Below are positions 12,634 through 26,028 of a DNA stretch of 64,000 bases, in pieces. Both the position numbers and the translations under genes were made by a program. How positions within the stretch are numbered: position 1 is the first letter of the stretch; each line of letters opens with the position of its first letter. The stretch covers positions 21,080,001-21,144,000 of the forward strand of contig CAIIXF020000001.1 of assembly GCA_903813345.2 (NCBI GenBank), read 5' to 3'. Origin of the DNA: Owenia fusiformis (lineage: Eukaryota). The notes under the pieces were generated by a model, which did no database searches, was not told where the DNA came from, and saw nothing but the letters and a program-made list of their open reading frames with translations.

Positions 12634-14425
12634 AAGTTAAGTCTGCCATGCCAACAAAAATCATGAAATAATTATTTAGATGGATGTTAGGAAAATGATT
12701 TCCTGTTGCTTTTAGTAGTTTGAAACCTTGAAGAATCTATTTATGTGACCAATGTGACATACATGTAGCTATTTAAACATGTGGATTGATTTTTATGGAT
12801 TTATAAAACATATATTTAAGATTTAATAAAGCTTCAGGATCAGAACAATGTAATCATGAATACTGCATTGAAGTGAGAAAAAGATGGATATCATAATAAG
12901 GACGTGACAAAAGTGATAGCAACGTATACAATTTTTCTACCAATGTCATTTACAGTGTCTCATTGCAAATATATCTCAAAAAAAGATCCTAATGTTAAAA
13001 AATAGTGAAAAAATGACATAAGTCTGTAGCATTGGATTATACATAAACATGTATTTAGCATATGCATATATATATTATAAGGACAGACATTTTAAATTTT
13101 GATTTTCCCTTATGACATTTTGGAATATTTGGGGAATTTTTAGAAAATAGGCATGACAAGGAATGTTATTTGCACATAAATTCTGATATTTATTTAATTT
13201 TTTGAAAATGTTGCTCACTATGTCGGATTCTCCCTTTAAAGTATTGTAAGCTGATAATTAATGAGTAGATCAATAAAGTGTATTGGTAGAAAATTGTATC
13301 TAATAGGCTGTCTTTATACACAACTTAAGATCAAACATTTAAAGTTGTGTATATGGATTTTTTATATTGAAAAGAATAGGATGCCATATAGTTCCTTTTA
13401 AAGTCATCTTTAAATAATGTATATTTTCTGATGTAATAAATATAATTATTATAGTATGAAAAAGAAAGCTCTGTTTTTCTATTTTATTTTTTATTATCAT
13501 GTCAGCACCTATCTTCAGGTTATGATTATGTGATGACATATTTCTGTTGCCTGTTTCACTCGCTGATTCTGCACTGTGCTGAAAAAATGTTTGTTCAGAT
13601 AAAGTACCACTACCAGTCATATAATCTATTGAATATAATATCATTGTCCATCAAATAACATCAATTTTGTTCAGGCTTGACAAACTCCCACTTCCTAACA
13701 AAACGATCACTATTTGTTGATTGATCCCACTAACGTTGTTCAAGAGCAAGAGAAGAAAAAGCCATCACAAAAACACAATTTCATCTTTAGGGGAAATCCA
13801 TATTTTGCGCTGAGTACTTACTCAAGAATATGTTGTGATTCAACATTTATCAGGTAGGGAAAGAATGTTTTAGGAAGATCTGCTTATTTTAAGTTCATTT
13901 TCTAAAATGTAATGTTCATTTATGGCATAAATCACCTGGATTTTTCATGTCATGTCAGGATCCCTAATCATTTATTCCTAATGATTACAGTATTCTCTGA
14001 TGAGCGCCCAGTGTGCTTCTCAAATTGAAGTTCAAAAGGGTAAGACATTGAGAGATTCCAATAAAAAAAGAAAAATATTGCCAATAGTCTTTTCAATTGT
14101 TATAACTAAGCTTTACATTCTCTACACCTCTGCATTAAATATAATCATCAATCAATACATTGCTGTGTTCTCAAGAGGATTTTTTCTCAAGTGAGTGAAA
14201 AATTCTCATTTTCACAATTCAAACCGAAATTGGTCAAAATATGCTAATTCATGGTTTTTCTCATTTTCAAGTAGGTCCAAATGAACTTTAAAGTGAGTGC
14301 AAGTCTATTTTTAATATCTCAGGTGGGTGTTGTGCCTACTTTATTGCTGGGGAGATCACTGTCTTCGATAAATAATCGAAACTAATGCATTAAACTTCAT
14401 GTTTTCAAGCTGCCATATTCATCAT

Positions 14426-15176
14426 AACAAGGCACAGACGTGAACAATATCGTACCTAAAACACAGCAGTGTGACAGTGAAGAATTTAAGACGGAAAATC
14501 CAAAATGACCACCTTAAAATTTACCCAGAATGCCCAAAAACTAATCAGTTCTTAACTTTGATGCGTAGAAACATCCCTGAAAATTTCAGATGAATCCGTA
14601 GAAACCTGTAGACAAGTCTTGAAAGTGAAGATTTTAGGACGGAAAATCCAAAATGGCCACCTTAAATTTTACCCAGAATGCCAAAAAACTAATCAGTTCT
14701 TAACTTTGATACGTAGAAACATCCCTGAAAATTTCAGATGAGTCCGTCAAATGGTTTGGCTGGAAACCTGTAGACAAGTCTTGAAAGTAAAGATTTTAGG
14801 ACGGAAAATCCAAAATGGCCACCTTAAAATTTACCCAGAATGCCCAAAAACTAATCAGTTCTTAACTTTGATACGTAGAAACATTCCTGAAAATTTCAGA
14901 TGAATCCGTCAAATGGTTTGGCTGGAAACCTGTAGACAAGTCTTGAAAGTGAAGATTTTAGGACGGAAAATCCAAAATGGCCACCTTAAAATTTACCCAG
15001 AATGCCCAAAAACTAATCAGTTCTTAACTTTGATACGTAGAAACATTCCTGAAAATTTCAGATGAATCTGTCAAATGGTTTGGCTGGAAACCTGTAGACA
15101 AGCTGAAAAGTGAGACGCCGCCCGCCCACCCGTCAAGCTGACAACAATATCGTACCTTTATTAGGTACGATAATAA
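14426..15176 (-). mobile_element. HINE family B copy 1 with 162-bp internal tandem repeats
   Basis: Terminal stem-loop tatcgtacct-ttatt-aggtacgata (15148-15172), GGGC-type microsatellite, second subTIR tatcgtaccta (14448-14458). Repeat period 162 (14637, 14799, 14961). Confidence 0.85.
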
Positions 15177-15496
15177 AATTCACATGTGCACTCATTCGAA
15201 CTGTGCACTCATGAGAGAGAATACGGTACTTTCTCTTGCAATATTCATCTAAATATGTGACATTCAAGATATCTTTTGTAACTACTGGTTCATTAGAGTT
15301 GCGTTTCAAGTTGAGCAATTCACCAGGAACATGTGTAAAGGAAGATTTTGGACAAAAAGTGCACATATAATATTCTATGTACTCATTTCAAAAAGAGCTT
15401 AATCAAGCACAACTTGAAGTACAATTATTTTTACTGTAGGGCTTCTTAAAGAATTTATAATAGAAAGACAACAGAGAAATGATTAATTTTTATAAT

Positions 15497-16745
15497 AACT
15501 AGAAGATTGCAAGCAATCTTACGGAGGCCCTGTAGGCTTTTTTGAACATTTAAAGGTCAGCCAAAGGTCAAATCTTAAATACAAGGACATATATGAACTC
15601 CAGGCATCTTGTAGATGATTTTTAAAAAAAAGTTTGGTCAATTTGAAGCAATGTGAAATTTGACCTTGAAAAATTTCAACATTAGACCTTTTTCAGTTTT
15701 TGAGGTCCAATATCTCAAAACTGGTGCAGAATTTTAATAGATAATCAATTGTTATTATGTGTAAAACCTTTAGAGGAATATATATCCTGTCTTTAATTCA
15801 AAAATATTGATTTGTAGTCACAAACTTTGAGAAACTTAGAAAACACAGTTTGTGATCTTGTTTGATGACCTTGACCTTTGACCTTACAGGTTTTACTTTT
15901 TTAGACCTCAGTATATCTTTTCTGATTGAAGAAATCTAAATTTGAATCCAGAAAATCAATTTGAAAAATTAACTTTTTTGACCTTTCGAAGGTCACTGAA
16001 GGTCAAATAAAGGTCATAGTTCAAAACTAAGGTCAGATTTGAGTTCCTGAGATCTTGTAGATGCTTTTTAAAAAAAAGTTTGGTCAATTTAGAGCAAGTT
16101 GAAATTTGACCTTGAAAAATTTTGAAATTTGACCTTTTTTCAGTTTTTGAGTTCTAATATCTCAAAACTGGAGCAAAATTTTAATAAATAGTCAATTGCT
16201 AATATGTGTAGAACCTTTAGAGGAATATATATTCTGACTTTCAGTAAAAAAAATTGATTTGTAGTCTCCAATTTGAGAAACTTAGAAAACACAGTTTGTG
16301 ATTTCGTTTGATGACCTTGACCTTTGACCTTGCAAATTTTACTTTTTTAGACCTCATAAGATCTTTTACCTAAATTTGAATCCAGAAAATCGATTTGAAA
16401 AATCAACTTTTTTGACCTTTCGGAGGTCACTGAAGGTCAACCAAAGGTCAAAGGTCAAAAGTAAGGTCAGATTTGGAATCCTGAGAATTTGTAGATGAGT
16501 TTTAAAAAAAAATTTGGTCAATTTGAAGCAAGTTGAAAAAAGACCTTTTTTGACCTTTTTTTGACCTTCAATATCTCAAAACCTAGGCAAAATTTCTGTA
16601 GACGGCAAAAGGCTTAGACTAATAGAATACTAATATCTATCTGTGTGCAAAAATTCAGCCAAAAATATTTAAGTGTAGTGTCAGGATTTGAGAAACTTGA
16701 AAAAAACTTAGATTTGACCTAGATTTTGACTTTGCTCTTGACCTA
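15497..16745 (-). mobile_element. HINE family C, piece retaining the 3' end; about 440-bp repeats
   Basis: On the minus strand it ends gggcctcc, perfect hairpin aagattgc-tt-gcaatctt, ctagtt. Body nearly identical to 49284-50500; no 5' stem-loop seen. Confidence 0.8.
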
Positions 16746-16950
16746 GAAATGAGCTAATTTATCTAAATGTGTAGTCCAAGTCCCTTACTTGGGGATATAT
16801 TAGATAACTCAAACCTAGCTTGAAATGTTGAGGAACGGCGATAGTTCTGATTACTGATGTGACATTTCATCTTACTTTATCTAGTGAACATCAATACCCG
16901 GGATTTTTACTAGGTAGCTTTTTTCGTTTAGTGTGTAGGATACCCGGTGT

Positions 16951-17170
16951 TACTAAATACCACCTAGTTGTCGCTTGGGGCACCTGGATTTATGATTCCT
17001 TTTAAAACCATATAGACATTCACTTAAGCATTGTTTCCCTTGTCATATTAACCTGACATAAAATAAAATAGACAAGGAATAATAATTTGTAGTCGAAAAT
17101 ATTGCAAACAATTGAATATAGCACTTCAATGAGGACACATAGGTGCCCATCACCTAGGTGGTATTTAGTA
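16951..17170. repeat. Inverted-repeat element
   Basis: Perfect 17-bp IR tactaaataccacctag / ctaggtggtatttagta, plus inner gggcacct / aggtgccc. Confidence 0.6.
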
Positions 17171-17555
17171 CATCTAGTTTTCCGCACATGCTCAGTACTT
17201 GTCACGCTATTTTCGCAGCTGAATTCTGAGAGAAGTTACAAGGATTACATCGAGAGCTTGTGAATGTGAAGTTTGTTGAGGAGTAGGTGCTAGTAACCGA
17301 GGCTCGCGTACGCTTTACATTTAGACTGAGTTGGACTTGGAGTATAAGTTGGATTGGAGCGGTTAGGTAAGCTCTAAAAGTTTTGTAGGTCGCGGTGCAC
17401 TTTCGACTTTGATGCAATTTCATGATCGTGTGCTACATCTATTTTCAGATAAACATAACTCATTCCACACATCATCTAGCCTACATCTTCCATTATTGCA
17501 CAAATGATGCATTAGTGTACACTAGGGTTGTTAATTCTTTGAGTGTATGAACATG

Positions 17556-18013
17556 CAGGCCCGTAGTTCAACAAGTTAAACCTAGTCTGGGCCTTATTTC
17601 TTATCTGACATATCTTGTGGCCCGCCCTAGGTTTAACTTCCGTGCCTATTCAGCCCTTGATGCAAAAAAATTTAATAGTGGCCTATGGTTCCGCATGGAA
17701 TTCGATGCGCGTTTAATTAATAACTGATGGTGGGAATTTGCAACAAACGAAAGCATAGCACGGAAGTTAAACCCAACCACGGCAACACGAACATTCAGAT
17801 TAAAAAATGAAAGCCGTGGTATTGGGTTTAACTTGTTGAACTAGCAGGCCCGTAGCCAGGATTCACCTGGGGGGAGTGGTTTTACCAAGGGGGGGCTTTT
17901 GCCAAGGGCGGGGGGTGCTCAGAATGGTGAAAAACTGCATGATTTTGAAAGAATTTCTGGCCAGGGGGGGGGGGAGCGGCCGCTCCTTCCGCTCCCCCCT
18001 GGCTATGGGCCTG
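17556..18013. mobile_element. Two abutting MITEs with caggcccgtag termini (hAT-like ends)
   Basis: First: tagttcaacaagttaaacc / ggtttaacttgttgaacta (to about 17843). Second: caggcccgtagccagg / cctggctatgggcctg (17845-18013). No clear TSD. Confidence 0.6.
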
Positions 18014-18069
18014 AACACAGAAGTGAGTAGCTCCCATAAATCTACGGTATTTCTTGGTGATGACATCAT

Positions 18070-18340
18070 TGATGTCCAATCAAATTGCAGGATGTGATCA
18101 CGATCACAACCTCTCTCCGTGCTGCGCATGCGCAAAGTAAAATTTGAAATCGTGGAGATGGCGTTTATTTCAGTTTAACATCAGTTCAACATCATCATTT
18201 CAAAACTACGGTGCGGTATTAGAGTTACTCGATCCAAACTTGTAGAGAATACTCATAAAACAACAGCGAACATTAGAAGATCCATTTCAATGGCCTGTTC
18301 ATAAAAGTAGTTATTGAGCGTGCCAATACCAAAGGTAATC
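18070..18340 (+). promoter_or_regulatory. Candidate promoter and first exon
   Basis: CCAAT 18076-18080, NRF1-type palindrome tgcgcatgcgca 18123-18134, YY1-type agatggcg 18156-18163, donor AAG|gtaatc at 18335. Motif evidence only. Confidence 0.35.
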
Positions 18341-19148
18341 TTTGGGAAATCTCCCCCCCCCCTGGCCTGAACATGTATCTTAGGCTAGAATTTTCACTGC
18401 CACTGGTTTACTTTTCAAATTGCAAAAAAATTCCAAAGTGCACTCTGGCCTTATTTTCATGAATACATTTCTAGGTAAGCTTACATTTTTTTTTAGTAGA
18501 CCCTACGTGTAGGGTCTATTTAAACTTCTAATATTCCCTTTATTATTATCTATGCATTGTAATACAGTCAAAACAGAATTGTTTGTGACTACTTTGAATT
18601 TAAAAAATAAGCAATCAAATGACCATATTGAAACAGTTTATGGGGTCAGTAAAATAAATTGATAAAAATTCTGTAATGTGAGACTTTATTTCTAGGCTAC
18701 GTTTATGGCATTTATTTTGATGGAAGTCAACTATATTTGAATGATTTTTATCTGAGTACCTATTTTGAAGAAAATGTATGCAATAAGCATAAATACGTTT
18801 AGTTTTTTATTACAATATGGTGAATAAAAGGGGTGTCACATTGAGGGACTTATAACTCAAAAATTATTTAAGTTAGAGGTCTCAACTCTTCCATGGAAAA
18901 GTCTTACACCAACATGCCTGTTTGTTTATTGTTGTCGAGGCCCCGAGCTATATTTTTTCTATTGTGTTGACAAGTTTGGTTTCACATGAGTGCTTTCACC
19001 TGAATCCATGTTGGAAGTTTACTTGAATTTTACGTAGGTTTTGCACACTGGTAAATTATCTTCATAATTCACTTATAACTTAATAATTACTTTTTATGGG
19101 AGAAAGCTTTTTGTGTAGTTAAACATTAAAGTACGCTTATGTTTATTT

Positions 19149-19983
19149 TTATCGCACCCTTGGGTGCTATATTGTGATCAGTTTGACGGGCGGGCGGCTA
19201 AGCGGGCTTCCCGATAAATCTTGTCTACAGGTTTCCAGACAAACTGTTTGAGGGATTCATTTGAAATTTTCAGGGGTGTTTCTACCTATGAAAGTTTAGA
19301 ACTAAAATCCTGTCTGTCAAGGCTTGTCTACAGGTTTCCAGCCAAACATTTGAGGGATTCATTTGAAATTTTCAGGAATGTTTCTACCCATGAAAGTTAA
19401 GCACTGATTAGTTTTTTGACATTCTGGGTAAATGTTAAGATGGCCATTTTGGATTTTCCATCCTAAAATCTTGTCTGTCGAGGCTTGTCTACAGGTTTCC
19501 AGCCAAACCGTTTTAGGGATTCATTTGAAATTTTCAGGAATGTTTCTACCCATGAAAGTTTAGAACTGGTTAGTTTTTCGGCATTCTGGGTAAATGTTAA
19601 GGCAGCTATTTGGATTTTCCGTCCTAAAATCTTGTTTGTCGAGGCTTGTCTACAGGTTTTCATCCAAACCATTTGAGGAATTCATTTGAAATTTTCAGGG
19701 ATGTTTCTACCTATGAAAGTTAAGAACTGATTACTTGTAGTTTTTCAGCAGTCTGGGTAAATGTTAAGGCAGCCATTTTGGATTTTCTGTCATTAAAACT
19801 TGTCTCTCGAGGCTTAGGTTTTATGGATTGATCTTAAAATTTTAGAGAAGTTTCTATGGATGAAAGTTTAGAACTAATTAGTTTTAGGCAGTCTGGGTAA
19901 ATGTTAGGGTGGCCTTTTGGATTTTCTATCCAGAAAACTGTATTCTCTTCAAGGGTGCGATTCTGTTGACAGTGTGTCTTGTT
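19149..19983 (+). mobile_element. HINE family B copy 2 (about 161-bp repeats)
   Basis: subTIR atcgcacccttg (19151-19162) / caagggtgcgat (19950-19961), 5' stem-loop, gggc microsatellite, 3' hairpin gaca-gtg-tgtc then ttgtt. Confidence 0.85.
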
Positions 19984-20160
19984 TATATATTTATATTTAT
20001 AAAGATTCCTTTTATATTTATATTTATAAAGATTCCTTTTGGTTATAATTGCTATATTTTGTTTTACTTCATTTTGAGTAAGGTCACGCACAGTTGTACA
20101 TGTTGAATTTACAAAATCGCCTAAACTGAATTTTTTAGCTTTGTATGACTGTTGCTATAT

Positions 20161-20273
20161 AATGCTGTGGTCACATTTGCTCAGATTTCAGCACGGGTGC
20201 ATTCAATTTTGAACAAAATACTCAATCGGCCGGGCACTGTAGTGGAAATCAGAGCAAATATGACCACGGCATT
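20161..20273. mobile_element. Short MITE (PIF/Harbinger-like)
   Basis: About 29-bp TIR aatgctgtggtcacatttgctcagatttc with 3 mismatches to the right arm; TAA-like flanks. Confidence 0.6.
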
Positions 20274-21559
20274 AAGGAGGATAGAGTAGTTTTGAGTTAG
20301 ATCTTACTGGTCAGGAAAACAGCATGTTAGTTGACATATAATCTGACATTCTTTCAGCTATGTTAGTCCGTGGACATGTTGAACTTACAAAATTGCTTTT
20401 CTGAATTTTTTAGCTATCCTGAGAAGATCACTGACTGAGGAGCAGGTACCTGGGCTCGTGCAGTGTTGAAACCAGAAAAGTTGATTTCTAACACCGAGGT
20501 AATTTTTATTTTTAATGTTATCTGCTCTATGCACATGTTCAGAATTTTTGTGTTTTTAAAAGTTTTGTCCAAGTCAATGAATTTTCTCTTCGTATATACC
20601 ATAGGATAGGCCTTAGAACATGTATAATGAATGCAGGGTTGAAGTTTGACCAATCAGAGTCTGTTCCCTTGCAAAAATCCTAGTCAATATTTCTGAATAA
20701 TTCGCAAAAGTGTATACTAAAGTACTACTACTACTACTACACCCAGTTAGACCTCAGGCCATAACTGACCTGGTTTCATACAATGCAATGTTGAAATATT
20801 AAATAATAATTTTCTGATCTCTTCAAAGTATGGCTATATTATACTCAAATTGAAGGAATTTTAGAGTAGATCACAATTATGGTATTGTTTTAAGATCCAC
20901 TGCTGTTTTACATTATAACTGTAACAATAGAATTGCTATTTCATTTATTATATTCCTCAAGGAGCAATGTACAATGGTGTCTTCACTTATCCTCATATTG
21001 TCATTTGCTGGAAAATTTATCAATGTCTTTCCAACCAAGATTGGAACACATGATCAAAACCACTGTTGGACATATCCTGTAGAGTGCAGAAACAACTTGA
21101 GCTTGTTGGGAAGGCAATAATCCACTTTGATAATTCACAGCTGTTGTATTTCTTTTATTTCAAGTTTCTTTGAAATTTTGCAGCCATTAATTTTTGCAGA
21201 TTTGTGACTTCTGAAAATGTGCCCTGGTTTTTTAAGTGACCCTTTTCACTTCAATATAATCCATGCTTTTCCCTTCACCCAGATATTTTGGCTTCATCTT
21301 GAGCCATTTTGTAAGAATGTTCATTTTATTTACAATCTCTTAGAACCTGAAATGCAAATGAAATGGAATTTTGTGACTATTATATTTTGTGAATTAAAAC
21401 TATTGGAATTTTGTGACTATTATATTTTGCAATTTTTCCAAAACTCGCAAAAAGCGTGAAATATGGTAGCACGTGAAAATAACCAAGAGTACAGTATATC
21501 AATTTGATGATATGTCTAGCAAAAGTGGAAATATTATCTGTTCATTACAAGAAAACATA

Positions 21560-22200
21560 CCGTATTCTCTGTAATTAGCGCCCAGATCAGGGCGTTTAGA
21601 AAATTGAAAATACATGTTTCAGACCATTCTAATAAGCGCCCATATATAAAATCCAATTAATAGTTATGAAAAACACGTTTATGTGTGATGTTCACTTTGA
21701 CATTTCTCTTTAGTCAAGATATACATGTACATTCACATGCAAGGAAAACATAAAGCATGTGTCTTTATCCCAAAAAAATATGGCTGCCATTCGTTGTACT
21801 TTTGATTAACTTAAAAAGAAACAAGAAAGTTCACGACCTTTTGACATGCGCATAACATCTGCGCAAAACTTTCGAAAATATCTGCCGATAAAATCTTTTC
21901 ACTTGAACATTTCCTTCATTCATTATGGACATTTTTGAGACCGTATTCGTTTAGTATGGTTTGGAAAGCATCCAGTGATAGATATTTATTGGGAGGATGC
22001 ATCTAATTACAAAATGCGTCATGTTTACAGCAGTTTAGTATAAGTATTCTATTATCGCTCACGGAAAATTCTTTGGAAATTAGATTTCTTCTGATATATT
22101 TGTCAATTCTTGGTCATTCCTCAATATTTCTTGAAGTTTGTGAAGCGGGGATGGGCACTTATTAGAGGGTGGGTGCGGGCAGTAATTACAGAGAATACGG
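21560..22200. mobile_element. TA-flanked MITE (pogo/Tigger-like ends)
   Basis: ta|ccgtattctctgtaatta ... taattacagagaatacgg|ta, a perfect 18-bp TIR. Confidence 0.8.
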
Positions 22201-22914
22201 TAGTTCCCTTTTCATAATTTTATAATATGGGGTCTTTGGGAAATCTACTGACCTAGAAGTCACATTTTCGCAGAAAATTAAAATTTCAAAGTTGATAAAC
22301 AATATTTGATACCACATTTCTAGATGAAATGTAGTGCATCTATTCTAAATATGGGTCTAATCTGTGCTCTATATTATTTTAAAAATCTGAAATGCTTTTT
22401 CAAAATCTCAGGGGAACTCCCAGTTTTAATAGGGAGTTGGCAGTTGTGCAGTTAATGGTTTAATTAAGTGAAAGTCATTGATTTATAGTCAAAGGAGTTG
22501 GGTAAACAAGGCCATTTTAAGCCCCACCTTTTTTTCAATTTTTCTCTGTATTTTATTAATCTATATGATGTATGTGTTTCAAAGGTGTATGAAAATTTAG
22601 GTTGCGGTCATATTTCCCAGGTCAAGGTCAAATGTAAAAATACATGATCTCCTACCAAAATATGCCTTTTTGATCAAAATATTACATTATCAGGAGGAAT
22701 TTAGTCTCATAGATGTTGGAATTGCAATATATAGTGAATTGGCAATTTGCCAAAAATGAGATAATTAGTTTCGGCCTTCATCCTTAACACTGAAAGAGAA
22801 CAAAAAATACCTAAAACAGTACCTGGAAGCCTTAAACATATTTACTGGAACAAAAAGGGGTGAGAAAATTTATCAAAGCTGAAAACTGTTCTCTGATCGA
22901 ATTTTCCATATACA

Positions 22915-23570
22915 GTATTGGTCCAATATGACCCGAATGTTGGCCTTATATAATATGATGACAATCCCAGTCCAACATCAGGCCCATATCAACCCAAATT
23001 AAATAAAATATTCCTTAGCAATATCACCCGTGTAGAAAATAGAAATCCAATATCACCAAAATATGACCCAGATATTGGCCTTATATTATTCCAATAACAG
23101 TCCAATATCAACTCTCATTACCAAATATCATCCAAATATTCTGATTGCAATATACCCCAATCAAATATCACCAAAACATGACCCAAATATTGACTTAATA
23201 TTAAAGCAATTTCATCCAAATATCAATCGAATATCACCCAAATATGAGTCAGATATTCTCCACATATGATAGTAATATCAGCCAAATATCAATTATATGG
23301 CACTCCAATATGACCTGTCTTTGTATTGGCCTCATATTATTCCAATAAAATGCCAATATCAACCCTCATATCTACACAATATCACCCAAATATTCTCATT
23401 GGAATAATACCATAATATCAAACCAATATCACAAAAAATGGCCGAATATAATAGCAATTTCAGACAGATATCAATCCAGCGTCATCTCTATATCTCTATA
23501 ACTCGATAACCCATAGTATAATTAAAGCAATATCAGACCAATATCCGTCAAAAGCTCTGATATCAATCTG
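22915..23570. repeat. Degenerate short-period repeat (aatatcacccaaatat-like)
   Basis: Repeated ccaaatatca motifs with a roughly 270-bp higher-order duplication. Confidence 0.55.
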
Positions 23571-23600
23571 TTGTTGAATCTAGATGACAGTTATAACATA

Positions 23601-24094
23601 CTGTAAAACGGGTATTGTTAGCGAGGGGTAATTGTTAGCGATTGTTAGCGATCGCTATAGTTTCGCTAAAAATTCAATTCGCTAAAATAAACCGGGGTTA
23701 AAATAAACCGGACGCTAAAATTAGCAAATTCCCGGGAAACTACATGAATACTAGTATTTAAGGAGCTTTTCGTTCAGCGCTCGACTTCCGGTTTGTAATT
23801 TGAAAAAGGTAAATATTTTTAAATCGTATGTTTATTTCAATATCTGAAGGATAAATAGCCATCCATCCAGTTTGGACCAATACCATGTGAGTTAGAAGTC
23901 TTACATTTTGATAATTCCTCTGTCATGTCCGTTATTCATTCTTCTGCCATAAATGATAAAATTTCTAATGCATTTCGCATTTCATTTCATTTTTTAAAGA
24001 TTAATCTTCATTTCGCTAAAATTTCCAGCGCTAAAACCCCCTAAAATTGAAAAATCGCTAAAATTTCTCGGTGTCAAAATTACCCGTTTTACAG
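23601..24094. mobile_element. TA-flanked MITE
   Basis: ta|ctgtaaaacgggta ... tacccgttttacag|ta; subterminal ttagcg / cgctaa motifs. Confidence 0.8.
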
Positions 24095-26028
24095 TATTGT
24101 TTGTACAACTTTGGCATTCTTTAGTCTTGAAGCTTAATTTTTGAAACTTTTCTCAATTATCTAGGAGAATTTATTTGCTAAGTAGAATGAATGACATCCG
24201 GCCATTTTGAATTACCAACAAAAATGGCAGGCAAAATTTCCCATAAAATTCTAAAATTCACATAGAGCAAAACTAGTCTCCATCAAAACTATTATCTGTA
24301 TGCAACTATATAACATTTATGAAAGTAAAGAAGCACTAATTAGAGTGGAGACTTGTTTTGCTCTATGTGAAAACACTCAAATGATTACTACCTCCAGTCA
24401 ATAAAAGTGTCACCCAGACTTAGCATGAAATGTCCTTTCAAAGCTTTACTTACCTTTAAACAGTGCATATTGTTTAAATGAATGGTATATAATGAACAAA
24501 CAAAAGTATGTTTACATAATCCTGGACAGAAAAATCAAAAACATTCATTCAAAGCTCAGTAAATTGGGATTCATCGAGAGGGGTGAAAAATATCATAAAT
24601 ATTTGCCTTCTGACCCCTACCCTCTTTAAAGGTTTCCAACTTCAGTGTTAAACATCTGAGAAGCAATTTCAATTCTCTGAATTATATTCTTTCATGATAT
24701 CTTTCAGTACCACTGGTCAGTCTAAAGAAAACATTAACAGCTGTTACCTCATTTATTAAAACAATGGACAAAAATCTATTAATAGTTGGTTTCCATTTGC
24801 TTAGATTTGCCAAATCAAAACTCCATTTTGAAGAGTTTCAGCTGATTGAAACACATTGTTTTTGTCTGTTCTTTTGGAAGATGTTGGTAACAGCCATTGA
24901 TATCTCCAGTTATTGACCAATGATAATGAAAGAATGTGGATACTGACCAAAATTTCCTATGAAATAAACATGTAACTGTTAGGTGTCTTATGACTTTTTG
25001 AACTGATAACCTTATAAGGTGAGGGATGTATTTAAAATGGCACGGCACCACCAACGTGCAATAGTCGTTTTGCTATAAAACAAGTAAAGGATGTCTGCAT
25101 GATTTGAGTACTAATAGATGATGTTTTCAAAAAATATTATAATTTTGAAAAAACAGCAATTGCATTCATTTTGTGATGATGTCATCAATTAATATTTCTA
25201 ATAGGTTGTGTTCACTGTTTCATTTATAGCAAAAAGATTGAATTTTGAGGTTGGTGACATTGCGCCTTTTTAGCTTACATGTTTAAATAGATCTCACACC
25301 TTGGAATCTTATCACTTCAAAAAACTAAAAGATTTTACCATATAGTCCTATTCATTAAACGATATACAAAACTTTTTTGACAAAAATTAATTTGAGTTTA
25401 TTTCTAAATGTGAAATTATAAGATTCATTATTTGAGAATATGACTATATCGAACTTTGAGAAGCAATTTCAATTGTCTGAATTATATTCTTTTATAAGTC
25501 TTTAATGGCTTTCTAATCTCTGGTTTGTCTAAGTAAACATGAACAGTTGTAACCTCATCTATTAAAAGAAAGGACACGAACCTATGATTTAATATTTAGT
25601 TTCCATTGAACATTTTTCAAGAGAGGTTTCACATTCAAATTCCAGCCATGTTGGTGTCATGTAATTGAAACTCTGCTACCATAGAAAGGCTTCTCAAACT
25701 TATATTGCAGTCATATGAAAGTTTATTTCACTTAGGGTTCAGTGACATAAACTGCATGATTCAGTTACTAAATTGTCTTGTAATTGATGTCACCATAACT
25801 CAAGGGAAGGAATCTTTTGTATGATTTTGGCATCCGGACCCAATATAAGAAGCATTTCAAGGTGACATTGTTTTAAACACATATGTCTAATATGGTTAGA
25901 TTTGCCATATCAAAACTCCAATTTGAAGAGGTTTTAACTGCTGGAATAAAAAAATTGAAATAATTGATTTTTGTCTACCTTTGAAAGATGTTGGTTAGTC
26001 ATTGATGTATCAAGTTATTGACCAGTGC

